Assembly: GCF_006345805.1 (NCBI RefSeq)
Contig: NC_043002.1
Span: forward strand, 119,908,001-119,972,000
Source: Octopus sinensis
Lineage: Eukaryota
DNA: 64,000 nt
Direction of reading: 5' to 3'
In this document: positions 1 to 13,120 of the stretch, piece by piece
Position numbering within the stretch: the first letter of the stretch is position 1
Layout of the letters: every line of letters starts with the position of its first letter
Notes under the pieces: model-generated
What the model was told of the DNA's origin: nothing
What the model saw: the letters and a program-made list of their open reading frames with translations, nothing else
Database searches by the model: none
Position numbers and translations under genes: made by a program

Positions 1-59
1 GTAGGTAGTTGGATAGGTTAGGCGCCATTTATAGTTCATGCGTGAGTGTGTACGTGTGA

Positions 60-790
60 ATGCATATGCACACAGATACGACCAAGCGCCTATCAAACAG
101 ACGCCATATACAACTCAGCAAACACGCATAATTAATTAGATCGCACTCATACCAGCAAAATCACGATAACTTAAACTAACGTACACAGATAGATGCTATT
201 GAGTTATACTAACCACACACACACACATACACACAAACACACATACGCACATTCATGCAGACATTCAGACGCGCGTGCGTTCAAACACACATACGCATAT
301 ACGCACTCGCACAGATGCACAAGACATTCTTATTCATATAAAGACATGCATCGACGTATCAGTGTATAACTCCACACGGATACATATTCTTTCGCACGCA
401 CACTAATAAACCCAACATAACCCAACATGACAGACATGGGTTAAGGCTATGAAGCCACACTACTCACACACTCGAAAAGACACATACAAATATTATATAG
501 GCGCATGCGCACACACACATGCATACGCGTACGCACCAAAACCAACACAGAACACAAACCTTCCTATATTTATTCGCCTCAACAATGTACAGACACGCAG
601 ACATACAGGCTAACAATAACAAATATAATACATAAACATACAAATACACACATGCACACATATGCACACAAACACCCACAAACAAACACACACGCATAGA
701 CGCACATATACACTCATAAACCCACATGCACATACAAACAACGAAAGATAGACATTCTTGAAACAAACAGGACAAATTTGTTCGTATTAA
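60..790. repeat. Degenerate (CA)n-rich low-complexity tract
   Basis: Interrupted acacac/catac runs; the ORFs here are H/T- or V/C-rich repeat translations. Confidence 0.8.
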
Positions 791-1133
791 TTCTCTACCG
801 AAGCAAGGCCCGATAACCTTACTACCTCCTCCTAAAATAAATAAATAATTAAATAAATAAATAAATAAATAAATAAGTAGAAAAAATATTGGAGGGGTCT
901 CTAATAAACCAGCCTCTCAGTCCTCAAAAGCGCGGACTTCATCGAAGGGGTATTATATATTAGATCCGGCGAGAAATTTTGGAGAAAACAAAACCCTTCC
1001 ATGTGGAGGTGGGGGGCACTAGTGTACCTGGAGTGGAAATGGCCCGTTATACAAATACTTTTAATAACTATAATAACCTATGGCTTTCCTAGCTTCATAG
1101 TAGATAATCTATGTATATAATTATCGATTGAAA

Positions 1134-1352
1134 GGCGGCGGACTGGCAGAATCGTTAGCACGCCGGACGAAATGCGTAGCCGTATTCCGTCTGCCGTTAC
1201 GTTCTGAGTTCAAAATCCGCCAAGGTCGACTTTGCCTTTCATCCTTTCGGGGTCGATAAATTAAGTACCAGTTATGCACTGGAGTCGACGTAATCCGTTT
1301 GTCTGTCCTTGTTTGTCCCCTCTGTGTTTAGCCCCTTGTGGGTAGTAAATAA
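1134..1352 (+). mobile_element. tRNA-derived SINE, family A (octopus OK/OR-type; subfamily name not assigned)
   Basis: Head ggcggcg-ctggcagaatcgttagc, B-box-like gagttcaaaatcc, body gtcgactttgcctttcatcctttcggggtcgataaattaagtacc; homologous copies at 20977, 39995 and elsewhere. Confidence 0.9.
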
Positions 1353-1811
1353 ATATATATAATTATCAATTGATCCATCCATGTGTGTGCATACGTGTGT
1401 GTGTTGATATGTACAAAATGTATTCTTCAAAATTTACAAAGTTTTTTCAACATTTAGACTTATAAATTTGGAGAAATTAACTATTTCCACTGCAATGAAG
1501 ATCTTATTTCATAAATACAATACATGTTTCCTACCAAGTTCAGTGGTATCAAAGTAATTATAAAGAGTAATTATAAAGAGAAATATATCTTAGTGTCGCA
1601 GAATGTCGATAGACATAAACTTGTATCCATAGATGATAACAACCTATGTGTAGTTGGCGCAATGTGAATAGAAAAATAAAAAACCTCTCGAACGGATGAA
1701 AGAGTATTAATCTACATATGTACAGACTTATAGACGTGCGTGCGCAAACACACATGCACGCACATACGCACACACCTACAAATACACACATACACAAGCA
1801 TACTCACTAAC

Positions 1812-1930
1812 AAGCACATATCTTCGGGCGGCCCGTGGCCATAGTAGAAGATACTCACCCAAGGTGCCACGCAGTGGCACTGAATCCGGAGCTATGTGAG
1901 TAAGAAGCAAACTTCTTACCACACAGCAAC
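1812..1930 (-). mobile_element. SINE family B, 5' fragment
   Basis: ccaaggtgccacgcagtggcactgaatccgga matches the reverse-complement head of the copy at 49066-49445. Confidence 0.75.
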
Positions 1931-3414
1931 AACAGCAACGCTTGTGTATATATATATATGCACTAACATGCACGTATGTATATATTATATATATATATAT
2001 ACACTAACAAGCACGTGTGTGTATATATATATACACTAACAAGCACGTATGCAGAAAGAAAGAGAGAGGGTGGAAAGAGAGAAAAAGATATGAGGTAAAA
2101 GAGAACACGAACTGTGAACAAAACTATTGTCCATTGGGTTTGGTGAAAGCTTTAGCTATCATAGCCAAAGTTTAATTTATTTCTCTATAGGGCGTAATTA
2201 TCTAAAGTTTGTCCCACTTCATAAATCAATGTCAAACATTCCTGCAGGGAAAGCTAATATTTTCCACTTTAAGTACTTGTATGTGTGGATAAATCAAGGT
2301 GATTTGTGTACATAACTGTGTTTGTTACATGTGCCCTGTTGATCATACGTACGTTTGTATTTGCTGATTTTACACAGAAATGACTGTATTCCAAACTGCT
2401 CTGATGAAAATTTCTCTTCGGGATTCCAAAGCCACGATTCTGTGTACTTTAACATGAGATACAGAGAACACATTTTCTATTCTGAGAGTAACAAATTCAG
2501 AATTACTTCAAATTCCTTGTTAAATGTAAATGCCATGCTAACAAATGTTATACCTAGCAGAGATGTACATATTTGCACATCTCTCCTTTCGTTTTCGCAA
2601 ATTTTAGACGCTAACATCTGTTTGTCTATGCTGTGAAATTATGTGTGCAATCATTCACTGGTTGGTCAAATTAACTTCTTATATCCATAAATTCTATTAT
2701 CAAGTTTTTCGCGTGATCTTCCATGGTTTATTATTGCACATTACCTAACTATTTCAACGAAGAAAATATATATCTAAGCGGACAGAAAATTCCCCGTTCA
2801 TCAGCTTATAAATGGGTCTTTAGTAGGATGGCCACCCTCACTGATTAAATATCGTCGCTTGAGATTTATACAATCTATAGAGAAAGAATTCATTCCTGAA
2901 GATAAACAATAATCATTGCACCATAAACATTTCTTTGACTAAAAGGAAAATGAACTTTTATCCAACATAATTTATATTCTCGCTACGGTTATTAGAGATA
3001 CCTTGTAAATAATCTTATTCAATACATAAATAGATAAACCCTACAGTAAAGAAATTATAGTATATATGACAATACAGAAACGTATATTCTTAACAATAAA
3101 GAAAATTGTATAATGAATAGTGAATAACATAGCGGAGAGTTATTTAGTAAATTCCTTTAGAATGTGAGCTTGCTGAAGCAATCGTAAAAGATTCATTAGA
3201 AAGATATCACTGAGGTCGATGCACAGGAGCGTAAGCAATTGTAACGCTGACTAGGGGAATACTTGACAATTATATATTTACACCTCTTTAAGACTTTAGT
3301 GTAAGTGTTTCTTCTTCTTAGAAGCTGAGATGATTTTGAAACGTTACACATCTAGGACTAACTATTATAAACTATGATGGCTGATTTGATACATTTGCTC
3401 ATTGCGTAAGAATT

Positions 3415-3450
<36 letters not shown>

Positions 3451-3809
3451 GCTGGAGTTGAACTAGGGACAGCTGATGAAGGGGATTTTTCCTTGTGTAG
3501 TTGTCTTCTACTCTGTTTTTTCGTTGTTTAAAAAAATGGTCCGTTCCATGCTGTTTTTACTTTTTCGTTTCTTGTTGAGTCCTACGTCTATTTGTGGTGT
3601 CCTGTACACACGTATATATATTTATATATGCATGTATATATACATGTAGATGTAGGTACGTACATATATGTTTGTATGTATGCATATATTTTATTTATTA
3701 CACTATTGTATGACTGAGCGCCTTCGCGTCGATTCGATTCGATTCGTTCGTCTCGTTTCGTTTCTTCTTCTTCTCTAAGCCGGTTTATATATATATATAT
3801 ATATATATA

Positions 3810-3990
3810 GGCAAATCCGTAAAAAAAACAAGAACAGGAAAAAGCAACAAAAGTAAATTTCACGTACGCAGTGAATATATTAGTTTAATACTGAGTGATA
3901 GTTATAGACGTAATAATAGGATCAGGAATGATATTTTGAGCGTACCTCTTCGTCAGATAGATGAAAAGTCCAAGGACGAGGAAAAATAGG
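3810..3990 (-). mobile_element. Penelope-like terminal fragment with degenerate hammerhead motif
   Basis: Minus strand 3958-3931 reads ctgacga-agag-gtac-gctc-aaaat; A-rich flank resembles 32750-32920. Confidence 0.5.
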
Positions 3991-4269
3991 AATTTGTCCC
4001 TGGCAGCCACCGAATTGTTAACCACTACATATTGTACTTCGAGTTTTACAAAACACTATAAACGTCTTTGCTTGGCTATTTTTGGAGTTCTATATTTTTC
4101 TGTACATTTTAATGTTGAAATGAATAATAGGCAACTTGCGACATTTTTGCTTTCATGAATTATTCTATAATTTATAAACTTTAGTCATCATTACTATTGT
4201 GTTCATGAATAGGAAAGAAGCATCCTATTCATGAGGCATTATATAATTGTTTCCCATATATACTGAAGG

Positions 4270-4480
4270 CCAAGGAGGGGAGCTGGTAGAATTGTTAGTT
4301 TGCCTCAAAAATGCCTTGCGATATTTCATCCGTCTTAACGCTCTGAGTTCATATGCCACTGCAGTTGACTTTGCCGTTAATCTTTCCGGGGTCGATAAAT
4401 TAAGTATTGAGAACTGGCGTCAAAGTAATCAACTTATCTCCTCCCCTGAATTTGCTGGCCTTATGCCAAAATTTCTAGCC
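4270..4480 (+). mobile_element. Diverged SINE, family A variant
   Basis: gagctggtagaattgttag ... ggggtcgataaattaagta ... cccctgaatttgctggccttatgccaaa. Confidence 0.75.
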
Positions 4481-4946
4481 AGGATAACACAAAGCCAATA
4501 ATTTTGAGAGAAGTGGGGTAGCCAGTTACATCGACCCACTAGTTCAGCATATACAGTAATCTCACGCCATATGGTGATTCACTCATCGCATACTCAGAAC
4601 ATTGCGGTTCACCTATCGCGCACTCAGTACATCACTGATTTTTCTGGCTAACATATGTAAATTTATATCGCGGACTCCTCCGTATATCGCGGGTTCTACG
4701 GCCAATAGGTATTTATATTTTTCAGATTTTATCTTTATGGTAAAATAAGCATTTTCACGCTTAAAAATTAATAAATTAATAAATAAAAATAGAGTACAGT
4801 ACTGCATTGTATAACACATTAATTAAAATATATTAAGAGAAAATACGGAGTATACCGTACATGAGTAAACAAAGAATCGCACATACTGTATGGAAAACAA
4901 AACTAGGGAGGCGAGTGAGTGGTATTGTTTTGCATTTATAATAAAA

Positions 4947-5318
4947 CTAGCAGTATCGCCCGGCGTTGCTCGGGTTTGTAAGGGAAATAACTATATAAGT
5001 ATTTTTAGAAAGTTATAGCCAAAAAATAGGAAAAATGCATTAAAAATGGAAAAAAAATTAAGGTAAATTTCTTTTTAAATCGTTGACACATCGTAGATAT
5101 TTTTAGAGAGTTACTTCCCTTATATAATAGCGAACAAAATGCATTAAAATGGAAAAATCGTAGACTATCGTAGACGCGCGCTAATACCCAGAAGGGCTCG
5201 ATATGACTCACGACTATAAGATACCCGGTTTTGGTTACACTGCACCGCAAAATGTGGGAGTAGTTAGGAATCTAAATCGTAGGAGACAGACACACAACTT
5301 CACTCTTATATATAAAGA
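4947..5318 (-). mobile_element. Non-autonomous Helitron, complete
   Basis: Minus strand: a|TCtttatatataag 5' end; 3' hairpin cccg-agcaacgc-cggg followed by CTAG|t; inserted between A and T. Confidence 0.85.
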
Positions 5319-5430
5319 TATAAGTCACGTAGTTATATACACATACTTTGTTATATACACATTCTTAAAAGAAAATGTTATTTTGAATACAACATTTATA
5401 AGGAATAAAATATTTTTTGGTTCTTCTTAA

Positions 5431-6322
5431 CCCTTTCGTTACTATATTTCTGACCAAAATACACCCCTTATGTATTTCAATTAATTTCTAACGTAATCAT
5501 AAATTTAGTCTGGTTTCATTAAACAACTATAACTTTTTTATTTATGAATATATTAACAGGAATTTTGGAAGATAATTTAGTGAAATGTTCTCAACCAATT
5601 CTATACTATAATTTTTGTCACAAAGTGACTCTAATTGCAGGTAGATACAGGTAAATTCAACAATATATAAAATTATTAAAATTTTGTTCAAACATCGCTA
5701 TAGAAAATGGGTTATTAGCTAATATTCAGTTGGGTATACAACAAAATTTTACGATAGAATTTGTTATTCTGGGTAACTTTCTGATACCCATAATAATATT
5801 TATGGCAAAATAGGCCTTAATTTCGTTTAAGGTTGTGGGAAATAACAAACTATCCTTTCTTTCGTTTTGTTTACGTTTAGCGTAACGGTTCGTTTCTGCC
5901 GTAATGATTTTAAATAGGCTCATTCGAAAAAGTAAATAGAAATAGTTTAAGGCTTTACTCTTCTGGGAAAGTCTGTGGCTTGGTGCAGTTTCTTCAGAAA
6001 AATCACCGAAAGAAACAGTTTTTAAATTTTCACTCCATTCAGGTACCAATTCATTTTCTTAATCGCTGTCGGATTCACTGTTTTCACTTTAATAGCTGCC
6101 AACTTGCAAAGATAAAGGAGGAGAAGGGTGATAGCGTGAGTGAAACAGTTCGCTCCGTTTGTGTGTGTGTGCGTTTGCGTGTGGTGTAAGCCACACTAAG
6201 AAAAACATTTGACATATACACCACAATGGGAGTTTTCTCTAAATTTTGCTTAATTGGGGTTGAAATTTTAAAAAGTGGACCTGGCACGACCCGATGCATT
6301 CTACTCTTAAAAATGCTAGGTA
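5431..6322 (-). mobile_element. Internally deleted piggyBac relic(s)
   Basis: TTAA-ccctttcgttac terminus at 5427-5442 plus a transposase fragment; the two ends do not match, so two elements may be involved. Confidence 0.7.
5726..6049 (-). pseudogene. piggyBac transposase N-terminal fragment
   Basis: YFYLLFRMSLFKIITAETNRYA...PTTLNEIKAYFAINIIMGIRKLPRI matches the piggyBac/PGBD pattern F..I..ETNRYA..PTT..EI.A..G..I.MG...LP. Confidence 0.8.
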
Positions 6323-6329
6323 AATTGTA

Positions 6330-6406
6330 ATTGAAGAAATCCTATATTGTAGATTTCTATAAGATACAAAGGGAGGCAGATAAAATCTGCCTTTTATAAT
6401 AAGAGA
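6330..6406 (-). mobile_element. Helitron/Helentron 5' end fragment
   Basis: Minus strand a|TCtcttattataaaaggcagattttatctgcc with a subterminal ggcaga/tctgcc hairpin. Confidence 0.55.
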
Positions 6407-7269
6407 TAAATATATACGGATTATAAAAATAATAATAAAATATATATACAGTACAATATTGTTTCTACTTCGCGGATTTTCACCTATCGCGAGAGGTTTG
6501 GAACGTAACGACCGCGATAGTCGATGGATTACTGTAGTACATTATTCTATCGATCTCGAAATGATGAACCGCAAAGCTGAATTCTGCAAGATGTAATCAG
6601 AACATAGAGTCAAAAGCAATAGCACAAAACATCGTCTCCTACTTTCAGCTGATTCCGCCATTCCCCTGTTATAAGGTTCTTTATAATGTAACAATAGAAT
6701 TAATTTGTGAACATCTGTGGCTTAATTAATGTGAAATCACTGCTGCGTGAAATTGAAAGTGAATTGTCGATTCGTCTAAGAAGATACTACGGGCTCTAAG
6801 GCACACTGCGCTCTTAAATACAATGTTCAACTCTAAATTTCCCATTACGTCTAGGAATAGAACATCAGCATCCTGGTGATGCACTCAAAACATTAAAAAA
6901 AAAAACATTGCTGCTTTTTGATGAGAAATAATTCAGTATTACAGCTTGTGGAAATTGGGAATATGCCTTTTGAATTTACAGAAACAACTATATAAACCTT
7001 GTCTAACAAAGCTTGCTCCATCAATGAAATAGTTCTATGAAAAAAAAAAAACTGAAAGAAAACAACATAAAACATTAGAGTAAAATAATATTGAAATCAA
7101 ATAATGTAATCATACCAAAATTACGTTTTGAAGTATATCATCAGCTCATTCCGTTAACCCAGTTTTTTCTACGCTTCTTACGCTAAACGCATTAAATCAG
7201 TTATATTAGTAACAAAAACACACTTTGGAGACTTTATTCTATGAAAGAATTCCTAACTCAGGTGCATTA

Positions 7270-7556
7270 CACACGCACATACATACATACATACATACAT
7301 ACATAATACATACATACATACATATATATTATATATATATATATATATTATATATATATATGTATATATATATATGTATATATGTATGTATGTATATATA
7401 TTATATATATATATATTGTATATATATATATATATATAGATATATATATATGTATATATATATATATGTATATATATATGTATATATGTATATGTATATA
7501 TATATGTAATATATAATGTGTATATATAATTATATATTATATACATATATACATAC

Positions 7557-7617
<61 letters not shown>

Positions 7618-7635
7618 TAAGATGTATATATATGC
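7270..7635. repeat. (TACA)n/(TA)n microsatellite
   Basis: Seen directly. Confidence 0.95.
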
Positions 7636-8559
7636 AAATGTGGCACTCTTTAAACAGTATATACTACTTTCCTATCAAACTGCTGCTTTAGCTTTCTTCC
7701 ATCTGTTTCGCTGTTTTAAAAGTTAAAAATTCCGCCATTATATTATAAATCACTGAGATACGCACGCATATCAGGTATTTAGTCTCTTTGATCAAAATGC
7801 TAATAGAAGTAACCCCCCACAGATAGGCTACAAAATGATAAGTTCAAAACAGATCCAGCGTACTATGTTCCCTTATGAAACACGGAAAGCTACACGTGTC
7901 TGATGAGAAAGATCGGAAGCTGAGTCGATTCTTTCATAATTTGAAATCGATATTACCATTTAATTATTTTGAATAATAATAAAAACGTCATTACCCAAAG
8001 AGAGCAAAGAAGTTTCTCTCATTTATTTCATAACATAAATTTACTAGATGTGTAGTTAGTAATTCGTGAAGAAAGTCACATCGTGTTGTACGCCTTTGCA
8101 TTTCTATGTGGACTTGCACCAAACTAAACCTTCAGCAATCAATTCCATGCTTTATCATTCCCATTTAGCTTAATCGTCCTCGTAAGAGAAGTAAATATTA
8201 TTTACCTTGAAGTCGAGCCTTCCGATTACTTTTAAAGAAATAATGCTTCTTCACTACGTCTCTAACAATGAATAGGTCATATACCGAATGCATTTTGGAA
8301 TTTTTACAATAAATACCTCATCCTAATGAGAGTTAGCTTACTGTATAAGTATCTACGATAAAGAAAGAAATCACAGAATTAAATCCCACCATAGCACAGA
8401 ATATCAAACGGGTTTAAAACTTAATCCATGATGATCTTTGAAAAATGAATGAGAGCCATTACCAAGACGTCAAGCTGTTAAAGAACTGATTTTGCACAAG
8501 GACATTCGATAGAAGCTATGTGTAATGATGAGAGACCAATGACACGAAAGCCGCTTGAT

Positions 8560-9047
8560 CCGTGTCAAATGGTAACATAGTAAGGCTAATCGTTCTGACG
8601 AACATGGCTCGGTTCTTCTCTGATAAGAAAAAGCTCATGTGTTTTATCAATATTCAACATCTCATATAGCCCACGTAACGAAAGACTAGATGTCAGGTGA
8701 TATTTATGATCATGTAACAACAAACCTATGGAGTCCAAGATTGCCAGATTTAAGTCCCTTTAAAAACTACGCCTGGAAAGTTACTGGAAAGAAGTCAAAT
8801 TAATATCCTCACTGTAACGTAGTTTTAGTGAGACCACCATTGTCCAAGTGCAGGCATGTCAACCATCCTGGTCTTGCAATGAAGTAAACATCAAAACTGA
8901 AGGTTCATTCATAAAATAATATTGTAAGAATGTTTATTGAGAACATGGGCAAAGTTGTTTTTATTAAAATACATTGTGTTTTTACTAGATTAGAATTGTT
9001 TTATTAAATTACCAAATATGTTCTCAAATAATCCTCGCACGCTGTAC
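8560..9047 (+). mobile_element. Old Tc1/mariner-superfamily transposase 3' relic
   Basis: Near 8727 translates LWSPRLPDLSPFKNYAWKVT, a decayed WPPxSPDLNPLDYxVW motif; TIR-like cctcgcacgctgta at about 9033-9047. Confidence 0.5.
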
Positions 9048-9207
9048 AGACCCATAGATTATACTAATAAAGATATAACGAATATACATATCTCGCAAAT
9101 ATTTCTGTGTAAAGTTGTTAGCTAAGGGTATATGATGATGACAAAATTAATTTTCAATGAGGTAATATAATAATATTCAAGGATGTCCTAATAAGACGAA
9201 ATAAATA

Positions 9208-9215
9208 TCTATCTG

Positions 9216-9303
<88 letters not shown>

Positions 9304-9400
9304 CTATCGTATGTCTGTCTGTCTGTCTGTCTATCTTTCTGTCTATCTTTCTGTCTGTCTGTCTGCCCGCCCGTCTGTCTGTCTGCCTGTCTAGCTAACT
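9208..9400. repeat. (ATCT)n/(GTCT)n microsatellite
   Basis: Seen directly. Confidence 0.95.
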
Positions 9401-10308
9401 AGCTATCTACACACAAATATTTCTATTTATTTACAAACACGCATACACATACACACACAAACATACACACACACACACACACACTGTAGCATACACACAC
9501 ACACACAAATGCACACTTATACGCATACATACATGGTTCCCAAAAATTTTAGGCCAAATTTTCAGTGTACCCTTAAACCCTTATCTTCTGTTTTTAGAGA
9601 ACAAATATTAAAAAAAATAATAAATGAATGCATTACGCCACCATCATTATATTAGGAAAGTGAAAATTAGTTGATTTCGTGAGCCTGCGCGAATACGGAA
9701 ATGGAAATCGAAATTCTTGTACGGAACCGAAACATGTATAATAATAATACGTGCTCATAATAAAGAAAACATTTACATTACACTGCTGTACTCGCAGAGA
9801 CTAGCTGTAAAACTAAAAATTAAACAAAAATGTGTGACTGCAAGAAACATTGTGCCAAGGAGAATATATGATCTAAGTATGAATGCATGTATGCGTGTAT
9901 GTAGGTTTCTATGTATCTAGGTGTATATCTATGTGTAAACGTTTTAATGTATACTCGCATATACATGCAAAATTTAGGTTAGTTGAAATATGTTTGTGGC
10001 ATGTTTTAACTGCTAGAAAGCAAATTCATTGGAGAAAAGAAAAAAAAATTTCTCGTAATGACCATAGCTGTCCAGTGTCGCGATTTATCAGGATTTCCAG
10101 ACATCGCTGTTTCTAGATCCTTAGCCGTTATCATTGGGAAATGATAGAGAGGCAACTGCGAATAGATATGGTGTTTTTACACCTTCTTACCATAAGGGAA
10201 AATTTTCTCCACAGGAATTGCTGAGAATTTGTCTTTTAGGAGTTGAAAAATGTCACAATCCTATTTTAACTAAGCTATATTTTACTCATACCTAAAAACT
10301 GCTTTACA

Positions 10309-10319
<11 letters not shown>

Positions 10320-10344
<25 letters not shown>

Positions 10345-11503
10345 ATATATTGATATATTATATGTAAATGCAGTTAGAGATCTCAATAGATTTAAAAAGA
10401 ATAAATATTTAGTATATATTCCTCGTTCGAAGATTTAAAACTAGCTGTTTTTCTCTTTACAAGCTCAACGACTGTGTATGTTTTAAAAAAGTTCACATAT
10501 ACATCTATACAGCAAATATTATGTATATATATATATATATAATATATATATATATATACTGTGAGCTAGATGTCCTGAACCAAGGAAGAGAAAGTACTGG
10601 CCTACATGTATCGCTAAGGCTACAAAGGGAGCAATACATCCCTTTGCTCACAGTCTACAGACACAGACCATGTGTCACTAGTAGCTGAGAAAAATGTTTT
10701 CCTGGGGCTAAAAAGTGGTAACATCTTTCTGCATAGGACTGTGACACTATGATGGCAAATGGACTTTATTGTACGGTATTGTTACTACATATTTCTCGCT
10801 CAGAGAACATTAATTACTTAATGCAACTAATAATGTCAAAGCTTACGGCAGCAGTACATTAATTATCAACATAGTAATAAAAAACTGGTTATAATGTTGT
10901 GCAGCAATGAACTGAAAATGTAAGGAAGCTGTTGAACGAAAAAGATCATGCAAGCTAAGGAATGCATGTCATACCCTCTGCAACTATTGCAGCTGGAATG
11001 ATACAAATCTACTCTTGTAAATATATTGATGACCAAGTTGCGTATCTGGTTTGGAATGCATTTATCACCACCTACGTTACTCCTGACTCCGTAAAAGACA
11101 TGCATACGCTAAGCTTTCATGTCTTCTTCCCTGAAAACTAAGGCGTTAGATTTAGTTTAATCAATATTCCCTATATATACGAATTGCAATTAAAAACACA
11201 GATGTAAACGCATTCGGATACTCCTTTTATTCTCCACCCTTTTAGAAAATGATTATTTAATTATCAGGACTTCCCTGCAATTACTAATGAGAGCAGAACA
11301 TAACTTGGTAGATAATTAGGCTTTGTTGATATTGACATGAACTCATCGACAATATCCTGTTTTAAAAAGTCGTCATATACATCTATACAGTAAAATATTT
11401 TTGTATATACATATATATATGCATGAATACATGTGTGTGTGCGTGAAAAATAATTTTAGTGTTTGTAAGCAGGTCGGTTTGTGTGCATACATATGATATG
11501 ATA

Positions 11504-11583
<80 letters not shown>

Positions 11584-12728
11584 ATATATTGATATATTAT
11601 ATGTAAATGCAGTTAGAGATCTCAATAGATTTAAAAAGAATAATATTTAGTATATATTCCTCGTTCGAAGATTTAAAACTAGCTGTTTTTCTCTTTACAA
11701 GCTCAACGACTGTGTATGTTTTAAAAAAGTTCACATATACATCTATACAGCAAAATATTTATGTATATATATATATATATATATACTGTGAGCTAGATGT
11801 CCTGAACCAAGGAAGAGAAAGTACTGGCCTACATGTATCGCTAAGGCTACAAAGGGAGCAATACATTCCTTTGCTCACAGTCTACAGACACAGACCATGT
11901 GTCACTAGTAGCTGAGAAAAATGTTTTCCTGGGGCTAAAAAGTGGTAACATCTTTCTGCATAGGACTGTGACACTATGATGGCAAATGGACTTTATTGTA
12001 CGGTATTGTTACTACATATTTCTCGCTCAGAGAACATTAATTACTTAATGCAACTAATAATGTCAAAGCTTACGGCAGCAGTACATTAATTATCAACATA
12101 GTAATAAAAAACTGGTTATAATGTTGTGCAGCAATGAACTGAAAATGTAAGGAAGCTGTTGAACGAAAAAGATCATGCAAGCTAAGGAATGCATGTCATA
12201 CCCTCTGCAACTATTGCAGCTGGAATGATACAAATCTACTCTTGTAAATATATTGATGACCAAGTTGCGTATCTGGTTTGGAATGCATTTATCACCACCT
12301 ACGTTACTCCTGACTCCGTAAAAGACATGCATACGCTAAGCTTTCATGTCTTCTTCCCTGAAAACTAAGGCGTTAGATTTAGTTTAATCAATATTCCCTA
12401 TATATACGAATGCAATTAAAAACACAGATGTAAACGCATTCGGATACTCCTTTTATTCTCCACCCTTTTAGAAAATGATTATTTAATTATCAGGACTTCC
12501 CTGCAATTACTAATGAGAGCAGAACATAACTTGGTAGATAATTAGGCTTTGTTGATATTGACATGAACTCATCGACAATATCCTGTTTTAAAAAGTCGTC
12601 ATATACATCTATACAGTAAAATATTTTTGTATATACATATATATATGCATGAATACATGTGTGTGTGCGTGAAAAATAATTTTAGTGTTTGTAAGCAGGT
12701 CGGTTGTGTGCATACATATGATATGATA

Positions 12729-12790
<62 letters not shown>
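10320..12790. repeat. Tandem duplication, unit about 1227 bp, two copies
   Basis: Identical ORFs at 10866-11105 and 12093-12332 (offset 1227); junctions lie in (TA)n. Confidence 0.95.
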
Positions 12791-12792
<2 letters not shown>

Positions 12793-12845
12793 TATATATA
12801 TGTACACAAACTGACGTGCTTACAAATACACATATGTATTCATAC

Positions 12846-12886
<41 letters not shown>

Positions 12887-13120
12887 CATATATTTTACTG
12901 TATAGATGTATATATACTTTATATACTCCATATGTGGGAAATTCTGTCTTTGAATGTGTCAGTGGAGTTGTTAGCTAACTCCTTTACATCGTTTTATCGA
13001 TTTTGATAAAACTTGTTGAAAAAAAATCTATAATAGGGCCCCTGGAAGGGATCCTTATATATATCTAATATATTTTATTTTAAAAACCAAGTGGAATAAC
13101 CCTTTGGTCCCTGGAAGGGA

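Larger units (their letters stand above)
4554..6534. mobile_element. pogo/Tigger-like element ends, interrupted by younger insertions
   Basis: TA-cagtaatctcacgcc at left; reverse complement of the right end is ta-cagtaatccatcgactatcgcgg; both ends share the cacctatcgcg subterminal motif. Confidence 0.55.

Noticed and set aside
915-950. Minus-strand cgatga-agtcc...ggact-gagag
   Set aside because: GAAA is mutated and there is no stem III; too weak
3450-3610. cagctgatgaagggg with a possible stem II
   Set aside because: No GAAA or GUH segment; possibly a PLE relic, but unsupported
7876-7935. gaaacacg...cgtgtctgatgag followed by a hairpin
   Set aside because: Hammerhead-like words are present, but stem I is absent and GAAA does not follow stem II
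12890-12914. About 24-bp inverted match to 12600-12624
   Set aside because: Short, AT-rich and adjacent to microsatellites; not distinguishable from chance or local slippage
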